Assembly (NCBI GenBank): GCA_950097015.1
Contig: CATNEN010000001.1
Location: 11,098,001-11,162,000, forward strand
Direction of reading: 5' to 3'
Source of the DNA: Macrostomum hystrix
Taxonomy: Eukaryota; Animalia; Platyhelminthes
Length of the DNA: 64,000 nucleotides
A model generated the notes under the pieces. The model ran no database searches, had not been told where the DNA came from, and saw only the letters and a program-made list of their open reading frames with translations. The translations under genes and the position numbers were made by a program. This document shows, in pieces, positions 47,675 to 60,000 of this stretch (the first letter of the stretch is position 1; each line of letters starts with the position of its first letter).

Positions 47675-48942
47675 GTCTAACACTCAGGGACTGTGTCTAA
47701 CAGTCGGGACTGTGTCTAACAGTTGGGGCTGTGTCTAACACTCAGGGACTGTGTCTAACAGTCGGGACTATGTCTAACAGTTGGGGATGTGTCTAACAGT
47801 TGAGACTGTGTCTAACAGTTGGGACTATGTCTAACAGTTGGGACTGTGTCTAACAGTTGGGACTGTGTCTAACAGTTGGGGCTGTGTCTAACAGTTGGGG
47901 CTGTGTCTAACAGTTGGGACTGTGTCTAACAGTTGGGACTGTGTCTAACAGTTGGGACTGTGTCTAACAGTTGGGGCTGTGTCTAACACTCAGGGCTGTG
48001 TCTAACAATTGGGGCTGTGTCTAACAGTTGGGGAACTGTCTAACAGTCGGGACTGTGTCTAACAGTCGGGACTATGTCTAACAGTTGGGGCTGTGTCTAA
48101 CAGTTGGGGCTGTGTCTAACAGTCGGGACTGTGTCTAACAGTCGGGACTGTGTCTAACAGTCGGGACTGTGTCTAACAGTCGGGACTATGTCTAACAGTT
48201 GGGGCTGTGTCTAACAGTTGGGGCTGTGTCTAACAGTCGGGACTGTGTCTAACAGTCGGGACTGTGTCTAACAGTCGGGACTGTGTCTAACAGTCGGGAC
48301 TATGTCTAACAGTTGGGGCTGTGTCTAACAGTTGGGGCTGTGTCTAACAGTTGGGGCTGTGTCTAACAGTTAGGGCTGTGTCTAACAGTTGGGGCTGTGT
48401 CTAACAGTTGGGGCTGTGTCTAACAGTTGGGACTGTGTCTAACAGTTGGGGCTGTGTCTAACAGTTGGGGCTGTGTCTAACAGTTGGGGCTGTGTCTAAC
48501 AGTCGGGACTGTGTCTAACAGTCGGGACTGTGTCTAACAGTCGGGACTGTGTCTAACAGTCGGGACTATGTCTAACAGTTGGGGCTGTGTCTAACAGTTG
48601 GGACTGTGTCTAACAGTTGGGGCTGTGTCTAACAGTTGGGGCTATGTCTAACAGTTGGGTCTGTGTCTAACAGTTAGGGCTGTGTCTAACAGTTGGGGCT
48701 GTGTCTAACAGTTGGGGCTGTGTCTAACAGTTGGGGCTGTGTCTAGCAGTTGGGGCTGTGTCTAACACTCAGTGCTGTATCTAACAGTTGGGGCTGTGTC
48801 TAACAGTTAGGGCTGTGTCTAACAGTTGGGGCTGTGTCTAACAGTTGGGATTGTGTCTAACACTCAGTGCTGTATCTAACAGTTGGGGCTGTGTCTAACA
48901 GTCGAGACTGTCTGTCTGTCTGTTGGGGCTGTGTCTAACACT
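47675..48942. repeat. 19-bp minisatellite (CTGTGTCTAACAGTTGGGG)n
   Basis: Tandem units. Confidence 0.96.
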
Positions 48943-49484
48943 TATTTTATAAAATAATTAAAAATTGAATATAAAACTACCTGTTTGCTCCTGTTAATGT
49001 AGTTAGAATGTTTTGACTATTTGATTTTAACTCTTCTTCTCTTGTTCGTTGATTTCTGCCCCTGTATTTACCGGTCTGTGCTTACTTGACGTTACGCATA
49101 ACCTCTACTTGATTAACTTGAAGCCCTGGTCAGTTTATCTCTAACACCAAGTGCGTTTAACCAACCAAGCAAAATTTATTTGTCTGTAATTTGCACTGAA
49201 TTCTAAAAATAGCAATTATTCATTCCTTGTTCGCCTTAATTTGAGCTCTGGTTGGACACTGAGCTGATAAGCGGTCAGGACTGAGAAATCCTTTCAGATA
49301 GTCCCCCTCAGGGTGACATTGGTAATTAGACCTGGTAGAATTGGTACTGTAGTGAATAATCTGACACACTGTACGGTAAGGCAGTGGGTGCGATTGGACT
49401 AAAAAATACAGATTTGAAGTTTTTTTCGAAGTTTAAAAATATTCGTGACAATAAAGAACGCTTGTGAGGAGTCATCGAAGAGAC

Positions 49485-51190
49485 AAGACACGGGAGAGAT
49501 GAGACACGGGAGAGATGAGACACGGGAGAGATGAGACACGGGAGAGATGAGACACGGGAGAGATGAGACACGGGAGAGATGAGACACGGGAGAGATGAGA
49601 CACGGGAGAGATGAGACACGGGAGAGATGAGACACGGGAGAGATGAGACACGGGAGAGATGAGACACGGGAGAGATGAGACACGGGAGAGATGAGACAAA
49701 GGAGAGATAAGACTGGGGAGAGATGAGACACGGGAGAGATGAGACACGGGAGAGATGAGACACGGGAGAGATGAGACACGGGAGAGATGAGACAAAGGAG
49801 AGATAAGACTGGGGAGAGATGAGACACGGGAGAGATGAGACACGGGAGAGATGAGACACGGGAGAGATGAGACACGGGAGAGATGAGACAAAGGAGAGAT
49901 AAGACTGGGGAGAGATGAGACACGGGAGAGATGAGACACGGGAGAGATGAGACACGGGAGAGATGAGACACGGGAGAGATGAGACAAAGGAGAGATAAGA
50001 CTGGGGAGAGATGAGACACGGGAGAGATGAGACACGGGAGAGATGAGACACGGGAGAGATGAGACACGGGAGAGATGAGACACGGGAGAGATGAGACACA
50101 GGAGAGATGAGACACGGGAGAGATGAGACACGGGAGAGATGAGACACAGGAGAGATGAGACACGGGAGAGATGAGACACGGGAGAGATGAGACACGGGAG
50201 AGATGAGACACAGGAGAGATGAGACAAAGGAGAGATAAGACTGGGGAGAGATGAGACACGGGAGAGATGAGACACGGGAGAGATGAGACACGGGAGAGAT
50301 GAGACACGGGAGAGATGAGACAAAGGAGAGATAATACAGGGGAGAGATGAGACACGGGAGAGATGAGACACGGGAGAGATGAGACATGCGAGAGATGAGA
50401 CAAGGGAGAGATGAGACATGCGAGAGATGAGACACGAGAGAGATGAGACACAGGAGAGATGAGACACTGGAGAGATGAGACACTGGAGAGACGAGACACG
50501 GGAGAGATGAGACACTGGAGAGATGAGACACGAGAGAGATGAGACACGGGAGAGACGAGACACGTGAGAGATGAGACACGGGAGAGATAAGACACGGGAG
50601 AGAGGAGACACGGGAGAGATGAGACACGGGAGAGATGAGACACGGGAGAGATGAGACATGCGAGAGATGAGACACGAGAGAGATGAGACAAGGGAGAGAG
50701 GAGACACGGGAGAGATGAGACACGAGAGAGATGAGACACGGGAGAGATAAGACACGGGAGAGAGGAGACACGGGAGAGATGAGACACGGGAGAGATGAGA
50801 CACGGGAGAGATGAGACATGCGAGAGATGAGACACGAGAGAGATGAGACAAGGGAGAGAGGAGACACGGGAGAGATGAGACACGAGAGAGATGAGACAAG
50901 GGAGAGAGGAGACACGGGAGAGATGAGACATGCGAGAGATGAGACACGAGAGAGATGAGACACGAGAGAGATGAGACAAGGGAGAGAGGAGACACGGGAG
51001 AGATGAGACACGAGAGAGATGAGACAAGGGAGAGAGGAGACACGGGAGAGATGAGACATGCGAGAGATGAGACACGAGAGAGATGAGACACGAGAGAGAT
51101 GAGACAAGGGAGAGAGGAGACACGGGAGAGATGAGACACGAGAGAGATGAGACAAGGGAGAGAGGAGACACGGGAGAGATGAGACATAGA
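49485..51190. repeat. 16-bp minisatellite (GAGACACGGGAGAGAT)n, reverse complement of the 17763 array
   Basis: Same unit in the opposite orientation. Confidence 0.96.
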
Positions 51191-51668
51191 GAGAAAAAAA
51201 TAGAGAGTGAGTGGATTCAGGGACACAAAGCAGGTGAGGCTTCAGATTTGAAAGACAGTAAGGGACCGAGAAGGATACAGCCGACTATTTTAGCAAAAGT
51301 TCATCGTGAGTCAAATTATGTAAGAGAACAACCTTTACTAAACATTGTCGACTGACTGCAGGGCGCGTGAGAAAATTCAGGAGTAATTCGGGTGAGGAAT
51401 CAGAGAGAGCGGAGAGGAATGAATGAGCTGGCACAGTCGGGTACACATTCAACCTTGTTAACTAGGCTACTAAAAAGACACAGGTGTTTGGTTTGGTCAA
51501 GGCGTCATTAAGAACAGCCCAGCTGTTATTCAATTTAAGCCTCGTGTGGTGGAATAATAAAAGCTGGTGGAAAGCTAAAGTGTTTTTTCAGTCTTGGTTG
51601 CTAAGCAGGACTGTTGGCGCTACTAGGAAATAAATGTGTTTTATTTGATATTAAGGCGAAGAATCAAA

Positions 51669-52946
51669 ATGAGAGGAGAATGGGGATGAAAGGAGAATGG
51701 GGATGAGAGGAGAATGGGGATGAGAGGAGAATGGGGATGAGAGGAGAATGGGGATGAGAGAAGAATGGGGATGAGAGAAGAATGTGGATGAGAGGAGAAT
51801 GGGGATGAGGGAAGAATGGGGATGAGATTAGAATGAGGATGAGGAAAAATGGGGATGAGAGGAGAATGGGGATGAGGGGTGAAAGGGGATGAGGGAAGAA
51901 TGGGAATGAGGGGTGAAAGGGGATGAGGGAAGAATGGGAATGAGGGGAGAAAGGGGATGAGGGAAGAATGGGGATGAGGGAATAATGGGGATGAGGGAAG
52001 AATGGGGATGAGAGGAGAATGGGGATGAGAGGAGAATGGGGATGAGAGGAGAATGGGGATGAGAGGAGAATGGGGATGAGAGGAGAATGGGGATGAGAGG
52101 AGAATGGGGATGAGAGGAGAATGGGGATGAGAGAAGAATGGGGATGAGAGAAGAATGTGGATGAGAGGAGAATGGGGATGAGGGAAGAATGGGGATGAGA
52201 TTAGAATGGGGATGAGGAAAAATGGGGATGAGAGGAGAATGGGGATGAGGGGTGAAAGGGGATGAGGGAAGAATGGGGATGAGAGGAGAATGGGGATGAG
52301 AGGAGAATGGGGATGAGAGGAGAATGGGGATGAGAGGAGAATGGGGATGAGAGGAGAATGGGGATGAGAGAAGAATGGGGATGAGAGAAGAATGTGGATG
52401 AGAGGAGAATGGGGATGAGGGAAGAATGGGGATGAGATTAGAATGGGGATGAGGAAAAATGGGGATGAGAGGAGAATGGGGATGAGGGGTGAAAGGGGAT
52501 GAGGGAAGAATGGGAATGAGGGGTGAAAGGGGATGAGGGAAGAATGGGAATGAGGGGAGAAAGGGGATGAGGGAAGAATGGGGATGAGGGAATAATGGGG
52601 ATGAGGGAAGAATGGGGATGAGGGAAGAATGGGGATGAGGGAAGAATGGGGATGAGGGAAGAATGGTAATGAGGGAAGAAAGGGGATGAGGGAAGAAAGG
52701 GGATGAGGGAAGAAAGGGGATGAGGGAAGAATGGGGATGAGGGAAGAAAGGGGATGAGGGAAGAAAGGGGATGAGGGAAGAATGGGGATGAGGGAAGAAA
52801 GGGGATGAGGGAAGAAAGGGGATGAGGGAAGAATGGGGATGAGGGAAGAATGGGGATGAGGGAAGAAAGGGGATGAGGGAAGAAAGGGGATGAGGGAAGA
52901 ATGGGGATGAGGGAAGAAAGGGGATGAGGGAAGAAAGGGGATGAGG
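51669..52946. repeat. 17-bp purine-rich minisatellite (ATGAGAGGAGAATGGGG)n
   Basis: Tandem units, each with a GGGG run. Confidence 0.95.
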
Positions 52947-53457
52947 TTCCAACAGAGCAAGTGCGTTTCGATTTTATTTTCCTTTCTAAAACAAGAATTA
53001 AATATTTGGACTGAGGATTAAATGGAAAGGCTCGGTCATGAAATAACCAACCAATATGTTTTCCAGGCATTTCTCTGTGTCATCCCTCGTGGGGTTGCAA
53101 AGTGCAATTTCTATTTTTAGATTCAACCCAAACCAACTGCGGTTGGAAAGCAATAACTGAAGACAGACAAGGGAGAGATGGAAATGGCAATGCCATACCG
53201 CTAAAGGCCAAATTTGTGGACGAAAAAGTTGGTTTGGGGAAAACAAGAAGGATAAGAGTGAAACGTTTCCACCTAGAAAGATTTCATTGGTTTTAGAAAT
53301 GACATAATTTACTAATGTACGACTATAATACGAAGCGAGAGTGTCATAATAGTTACAACCGATTTTTTTACTTATCAAGTAGTATGGGCTATTTCAGTAG
53401 TGTGATGCAGAAAAACTTCAAATTTGATCTTGATCATTGAAAGATAATTACTTCTTT

Positions 53458-54302
53458 AGAGAGAGAGAGAGTCTGAGAGAGTCTGAGAGAGTCTGAGAGA
53501 GTCTGAGAGAGTCTGAGAGAGTCTGAGAGAGTCTGAGAGAGTCTGAGAAGGTCAGAGAGAGTCTGAGAGAGTCTGAGAGAGTCTGAGAAGGTCAGAGAGA
53601 GTCTGAGAAGGTCAGAGAGAGTTTGAGAGAGTCTGAGAGAGTCTGAGAAGGTCAGAGAGAGTCTGAGAAGGTCAGAGAGAGTCTGAGAGTGTCTGAGAAG
53701 GTCAGAGAGAGTCAGAGAGAGAGTCTGTGAGAGTCAGAGAGAGTGTCAGAGAGTCAGATAAGGTTGGAGAGAGTCAGAGGGTCAGATAAGGTTGGAGAGA
53801 GTCAGAGAGAGTGTCAGAGAGTCAGATAAGGTTGGAGAGAGTCAGAGGGTCAGATAAGGTTGGAGAGAGTCAGAGAGAGTCAGAGAGAGTGTCAGAGAGT
53901 CAGATAAGGTTGGAGAGAGTCAGAGAGAGTCAGATAAGGATGGAAAGAGTCAGAGAGAGTCAGATAAGGTTGGAGAGAGTCAGAGAGTCAGACAAGGTTG
54001 GAGAGAGTCAGAGGGTCAGATAAGGTTGGAGAGAGTCAGAGAGAGTCAGATAAGGTTGGAGAGAGTCAGAGAGTCAGATAAGGTTGGAGAGAGTCAGAGA
54101 GAGTCAGATAAGGTTGGAGAGAGTCAGAGAGAGTCAGACAAGGTTGGAGAGAGTCAGAGGGTCAGATAAGGTTGGAGAGAGTCAGAGAGAGTCAGATAAG
54201 GTTGGAGAGAGTCAGAGAGTCAGATAAGGTTGGAGAGAGTCAGAGAGAGTCAGATAAGGTTGGAAAGAGTCAGAGAGTCAGATAAGGTTGGAAAGAGTCA
54301 GA
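53458..54302. repeat. Compound minisatellite: (GAGAGTCTGA)n, then GAGAGTCAGATAAGGTTGGA-containing units
   Basis: Direct reading. Confidence 0.93.
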
Positions 54303-54889
54303 TAGCTGTAGATAACAAATTTAAAATGTTAATATTATTAGGCGATTAGCAAGAATCTGAGCTAACCGAATTAGGACCAACATGAGCACGGGCTGAGCAG
54401 TGGCTACACAACTGGTGCACTATAAGATTTCACTTCAAACAGGAATACTTACCCGATGGCGGCCTGTCGAAAATGAGTTATTTTGCAGCTCCTAGAGGAA
54501 AAGTCTTCCCAACGGTACGCAAGCTTATATAGCCTCACTAGAAGTGTTCCGAGATAGCTAGATATTACGTACTTCCCCGAGTTCATCTCTATATTTAACC
54601 CAGCGAATGGATGCACAGAGTGAAGAGAAAAAGTTGATTTGCCGAAAAAACTGTTTTTGGAGAGAAAAAAATATTCAGTCCTGATTGGTCCCTATTTTTA
54701 GATTCGCCGACTGAAATATGACGGAGTAAGGAGAGCAACGAGAGAGAGAATGTGTCTGTCAGTGTGGGAGAATCGACTCGTTCTCTGAAAATTCTAATCC
54801 TAAAATCCCAACACTTGAAATCAGTAAAAAACTTAAATTCTAGAAAGTTGAAATCCCATAATATTAAAATCCCATAAACTTAAAATCCG

Positions 54890-55440
54890 ATAAACTTGAA
54901 ATCCTCAGAAACTTGAAATCCTCAGAAACTTGGATTCCTCAGAAACTTGCAATCCTCAGAAACTTGCAATCCTCAGAAACTTGAAATCCTCAGAAACTTG
55001 CAATCCTCAGAAACTTGAAATCCTCAGAAACTTGAAATCCTCAGAAACTTGAAATCCTCAGAAACTTGGATTCCTCAGAAACTTGCAATCCTCAGAAACT
55101 TGCAATCCTCAGAAACTTGAAATCCTCAGAAACTTGCAATCCTCAGAAACTTGAAATCCTCAGAAACTTGAAATCCTCAGAAACTTGGATTCCTCAGAAA
55201 CTTGGAATCCTCAGAAACTTGGAATCCTCAGAAACTTGAAATCCTCAGAAACTTGAAATCCTCAGAAACTTGGATTCCTCAGAAACTTGAAATCCTCAGA
55301 AACTTGAAATCCTCAGAAACTTGAAATCCTCAGAAACTTGGATTCCTATAAACCGGAAATCCAATAAACCGGAAATCCAATAAACCTGAAATCCCACAAA
55401 CGGGAAATCCCATAAACTGGAAATCCCATAAACTCGAAAC
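54890..55440. repeat. 17-bp minisatellite (GAAATCCTCAGAAACTT)n
   Basis: Tandem units with degenerate flanks. Confidence 0.93.
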
Positions 55441-56199
55441 CTAAATTTGTTTAATTGACAGGTTTTAATAGTTGAAATTGGTTTATTTTTTCTAATATTT
55501 GTTTAAGTGATTGATTTATTCGTATATTGTTTGACTGATTGACAGATTAAAAAATTCAGAATGATTATTTATTTTTATATTAGTTAATTAATTGATATAG
55601 AGAATGAATAATTTGTCAATCAAGTCGATTTATTGAATGGGATTTTTAACTACAGCTATCGACTCAAAAAGAAAAAAGTATTCTGCAGTTTGTTGAATTG
55701 TTAGTTTGATATGTCTCTTTGGATTTCCCATTTTTTAGTCCTTTTCCGCATTGAATTCTCACTCCCAAACTGTTGCCATGCTGTTGCTGTGCATCGGCTA
55801 GTGACGCAAATGGGATGCGGATTGAGGCCATAGGCTAGGGGACTGATGCTTGAGAAGCTCAAAGCTCTCCATCGACCCCCCTCTCTCTCTATTTTTCTTT
55901 CTCAGTTTCTGACGCAAGTTGTCTCAAAAAAGAAAATTCTAAAAAAATGCGAAGGGGTGGGAGGTGTGGGAGTGACTGAGGACTCAGGTGAGTATCAATA
56001 GGAAGGCCCTTTGAGTACAGCAGTGAAAGGAATCTGTGACGGCAGAACTGTTCGAGTTATTAGGCAGTTTTCGTTCACATCTCCGCACAAGACTCGGGCA
56101 CAGACTGAGAGCGTATTATAACAAAATTACAACGCATTATCTCAACTATTGAGACAAACGCATTCGTTTCAAAGAAATATAACTTTCTGAGATTTCTGT

Positions 56200-56570
56200 T
56201 ATTAAGGATTATTAAGGATTCTGAGATTTCTTTCTCTTGGGGATTTCAAGTTTCTCTGGGGATTTCAAGTTTCTGGGATTTCAAGTTTCTGGGATTTCAA
56301 GTTTCTGTGGGATTTTAAGATTCCCTGGGATTTCAAGTTTCTCTGGGATTTCAAGTGTCTCTTGGGATTTCAAGTTTGTCTGAGGATTTCGAGTGTCTCT
56401 AGGGATTTCAAGTGTCTCTGGGGATTTCAAGTTTCTCTGGGGATTTCAAGGTTCTCTGGGGATTTCAAGTGTCTCTGGGGATTTCAAGTGTCTCGGGGGA
56501 TTTCAAGTGTCTCTAGGGATTTCAAGTGTCTCTAGGGATTTCAAGTGTCTCTGGGGATTTCAAGTTTCTA
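56200..56570. repeat. About 19-bp minisatellite (GGGATTTCAAGTGTCTCTG)n, inverted relative to the 54890 array
   Basis: GGATTTCAAGTTTC is the reverse complement of GAAACTTGAAATCC. Confidence 0.9.
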
Positions 56571-57073
56571 CTCGTAGGATTAGTCAATATAACAATAAAT
56601 CAATAAAACCAAGCATTTTTGATAAGCCCAGCAAAAAACGTTACATTCGCAATCAAATTTGATCAGCAATTTTCTCCTGTTTACAGCTAGCCTACTCAAC
56701 AGGCCTCTCAATAATACTCCTGCTGGGCTATTTTTACCACAATTCAGAAACAAAACCAGATGACGGACTTGCATGCTCGGCCGTCAGCTTTTTTTACCTT
56801 TCTCTCCTGGGCAGCTCTCTGCTGAGCACTGCCCTTCTGCTCAGGTTGACGCGGGTTCGCCCCCCAATAAGCTTTGCGTCATTGCCTTACAATGCTCCCT
56901 CCGTACCTTTCTCTCCCTCTTTCGCCGACTCCCAAAATAATAAGCATTGCCATCAGGCAAACATTCATGAGAATGCGTAATTCACTTTTATTCCGAGCTG
57001 GAGGGCTGCAGAGCGCTTCTATTAATAAATTCGGGTAGAATGAGGCTTCTCAAAGGCAAACCGCCTTTTGCCT

Positions 57074-60000
57074 TGTGTCTGATGGGATTGTGTCTGATGG
57101 GATTGTGTCTGATGGGATTGTGTCTGATATGAGGTATGGGATTGTGTCTGATATGAGGTATGGGATTGTGTCTGATATGAGGTATGGGATTGTGTCTGAT
57201 ATGAGGTATGGGATTGTGTCTGATATGAGGTATGGGATTGTGTCTGATATGAGGTATGGGATTGTGTCTGATATGAGGTATGGGATTGTGTCTGATATGA
57301 GGTATGGGATTGTGTCTGATATGAGGTATGGGATTGTGTCTGATATGAGGTATGGGATTGTGTCTGATATGAGGTATGGGATTGTGTCTGATATGAGGTA
57401 TGGGATTGTGTCTGATATGAGGTATGGGATTGTGTCTGATATGAGGTATGGGATTGTGTCTGATATGAGGAATGGGATTCTGTCTGATATGAGGTATGGG
57501 ATTGTGTCTGATATGAGGTATGAGATTGTGTCTGATATGAGGTATGGGATTGTGTCTGATATGAGGTATGAGATTGTGTCTGATATGAGGTATGGGATTG
57601 TGTCTGATATGAGGTATGAGATTGTGTCTGATATGAGGTATGGGATTGTGTCTGATATGAGGTATGGGATTGTGTCTGATATGAGGTATGAGATTGTGTC
57701 TGATATGAGGTATGGGATTGTGTCTGATATGAGGCATGGGATTGTGTCTGATATGAGGTATGGGATTGTGTCTGATATGAGGTATGGGATTGTGTCTGAT
57801 ATGAGGTATGGGATTGTGTCTGATATGAGGTATGGGATTGTGTCTGATATGAGGTATGGGATTGTGTCTGATATGAGTTATGGGATTGTGTCTGATATGA
57901 GGTATGGGATTGTGTCTGATATGAGGAATGGGATTCTGTCTGATATGAGGTATGGGATTGTGTCTGATATGAGGTATGAGATTGTGTCTGATATGAGGTA
58001 TGGGATTGTGTCTGATATGAGGTATGAGATTGTGTCTGATATGAGGAATGGGATTCTGTCTGATATGAGGTATGGGATTGTGTCTGATATGAGGTATGGG
58101 ATTGTGTCTGATATGAGGTATGGGATTGTGTCTGATATGAGGTATGGGATTGTGTCTGATATGAGTTATGGGATTGTGTCTGATATGAGGTATGGGATTG
58201 TGTCTGATATGAGGTATGAGATTGTGTTTGATATGAGGTATGAGATTGTGTCTGATATGAGGTATGGGATTGTGTCTGATATGAGGTATGGGATTGTGTC
58301 TGATATGAGGTATGGGATTGTGTCTGATATGAGGTATGGGATTGTGTCTGATATGAGGTATGGGATTGTGTCTGATATGAGGTATGAGATTGTGTCTGAT
58401 ATGAGGTATGGGATTGTGTCTGATATGAGGCATGGGATTGTGTCTGATATGAGGTATGAGATTGTGTCTGATATGAGGTATGGGATTGTGTCTGATATGA
58501 GGTATGAGATTGTGTCTGATATGAGGTATGGGATTGTGTCTGATATGAGGTATGAGATTGTGTCTGATATGAGGTATGGGATTGTGTCTGATATGAGGTA
58601 TGGGATTGTGTCTGATATGAGGTATGGGATTGTGTCTGATATGAGGTATGGGATTGTGTCTGATATGAGGTATGGGATTGTGTCTGATATGAGGTATGGG
58701 ATTGTGTCTGATATGAGGTATGGGATTGTGTCTGATATGAGGTATGGGATTGTGTCTGATATGAGGTATGGGATTGTGTCTGATATGAGGTATGGGATTG
58801 TGTCTGATATGAGGTATGGGATTGTGTCTGATATGAGGTATGGGATTGTGTCTGATATGAGTTATGGGATTGTGTCTGATATGAGGTATGGGATTGTGTC
58901 TGATATGAGGAATGGGATTCTGTCTGATATGAGGTATGGGATTGTGTCTGATATGAGGTATGAGATTGTGTCTGATATGAGGTATGGGATTGTGTCTGAT
59001 ATGAGGTATGAGATTGTGTCTGATATGAGGAATGGGATTCTGTCTGATATGAGGTATGGGATTGTGTCTGATATGAGGTATGGGATTGTGTCTGATATGA
59101 GGTATGGGATTGTGTCTGATATGAGGTATGGGATTGTGTCTGATATGAGGTATGGGATTGTGTCTGATATGAGGTATGGGATTGTGTCTGATATGAGGTA
59201 TGGGATTGTGTCTGATATGAGGTATGGGATTGTGTCTGATATGAGGTATGGGATTGTGTCTGATATGAGGTATGGGATTGTGTCTGATATGAGGTATGGG
59301 ATTGTGTCTGATATGAGGTATGGGATTGTGTCTGATATGAGGAATGGGATTCTGCCTGATATGAGGTATGGGATTGTGTCTGATATGAGGTATGGGATTG
59401 TGTCTGATATGAGGTATGAGATTGTGTCTGATATGAGGAATGGGATTCTGTCTGATATGAGGTATGGGATTGTGTCTGATATGAGGTATGGGATTGTGTC
59501 TGATATGAGGTATGGGATTGTGTCTGATATGAGGTATGGGATTGTGTCTGATATGAGGTATGGGATTGTGTCTGATATGAGGTATGGGATTGTGTCTGAT
59601 ATGAGGTATGGGATTGTGTCTGATATGAGGTATGGGATTGTGTCTGATATGAGGTATGGGATTGTGTCTGATATGAGGTATGGGATTGTGTCTGATATGA
59701 GTTATGGGATTGTGTCTGATATGAGGTATGGGATTGTGTCTGATATGAGGAATGGGATTCTGTCTGATATGAGGTATGGGATTGTGTCTGATATGAGGTA
59801 TGAGATTGTGTCTGATATGAGGTATGGGATTGTGTCTGATATGAGGTATGAGATTGTGTCTGATATGAGGAATGGGATTCTGTCTGATATGAGGTATGGG
59901 ATTGTGTCTGATATGAGGTATGGGATTGTGTCTGATATGAGGTATGGGATTGTGTCTGATATGAGGTATGGGATTGTGTCTGATATGAGTTATGGGATTG

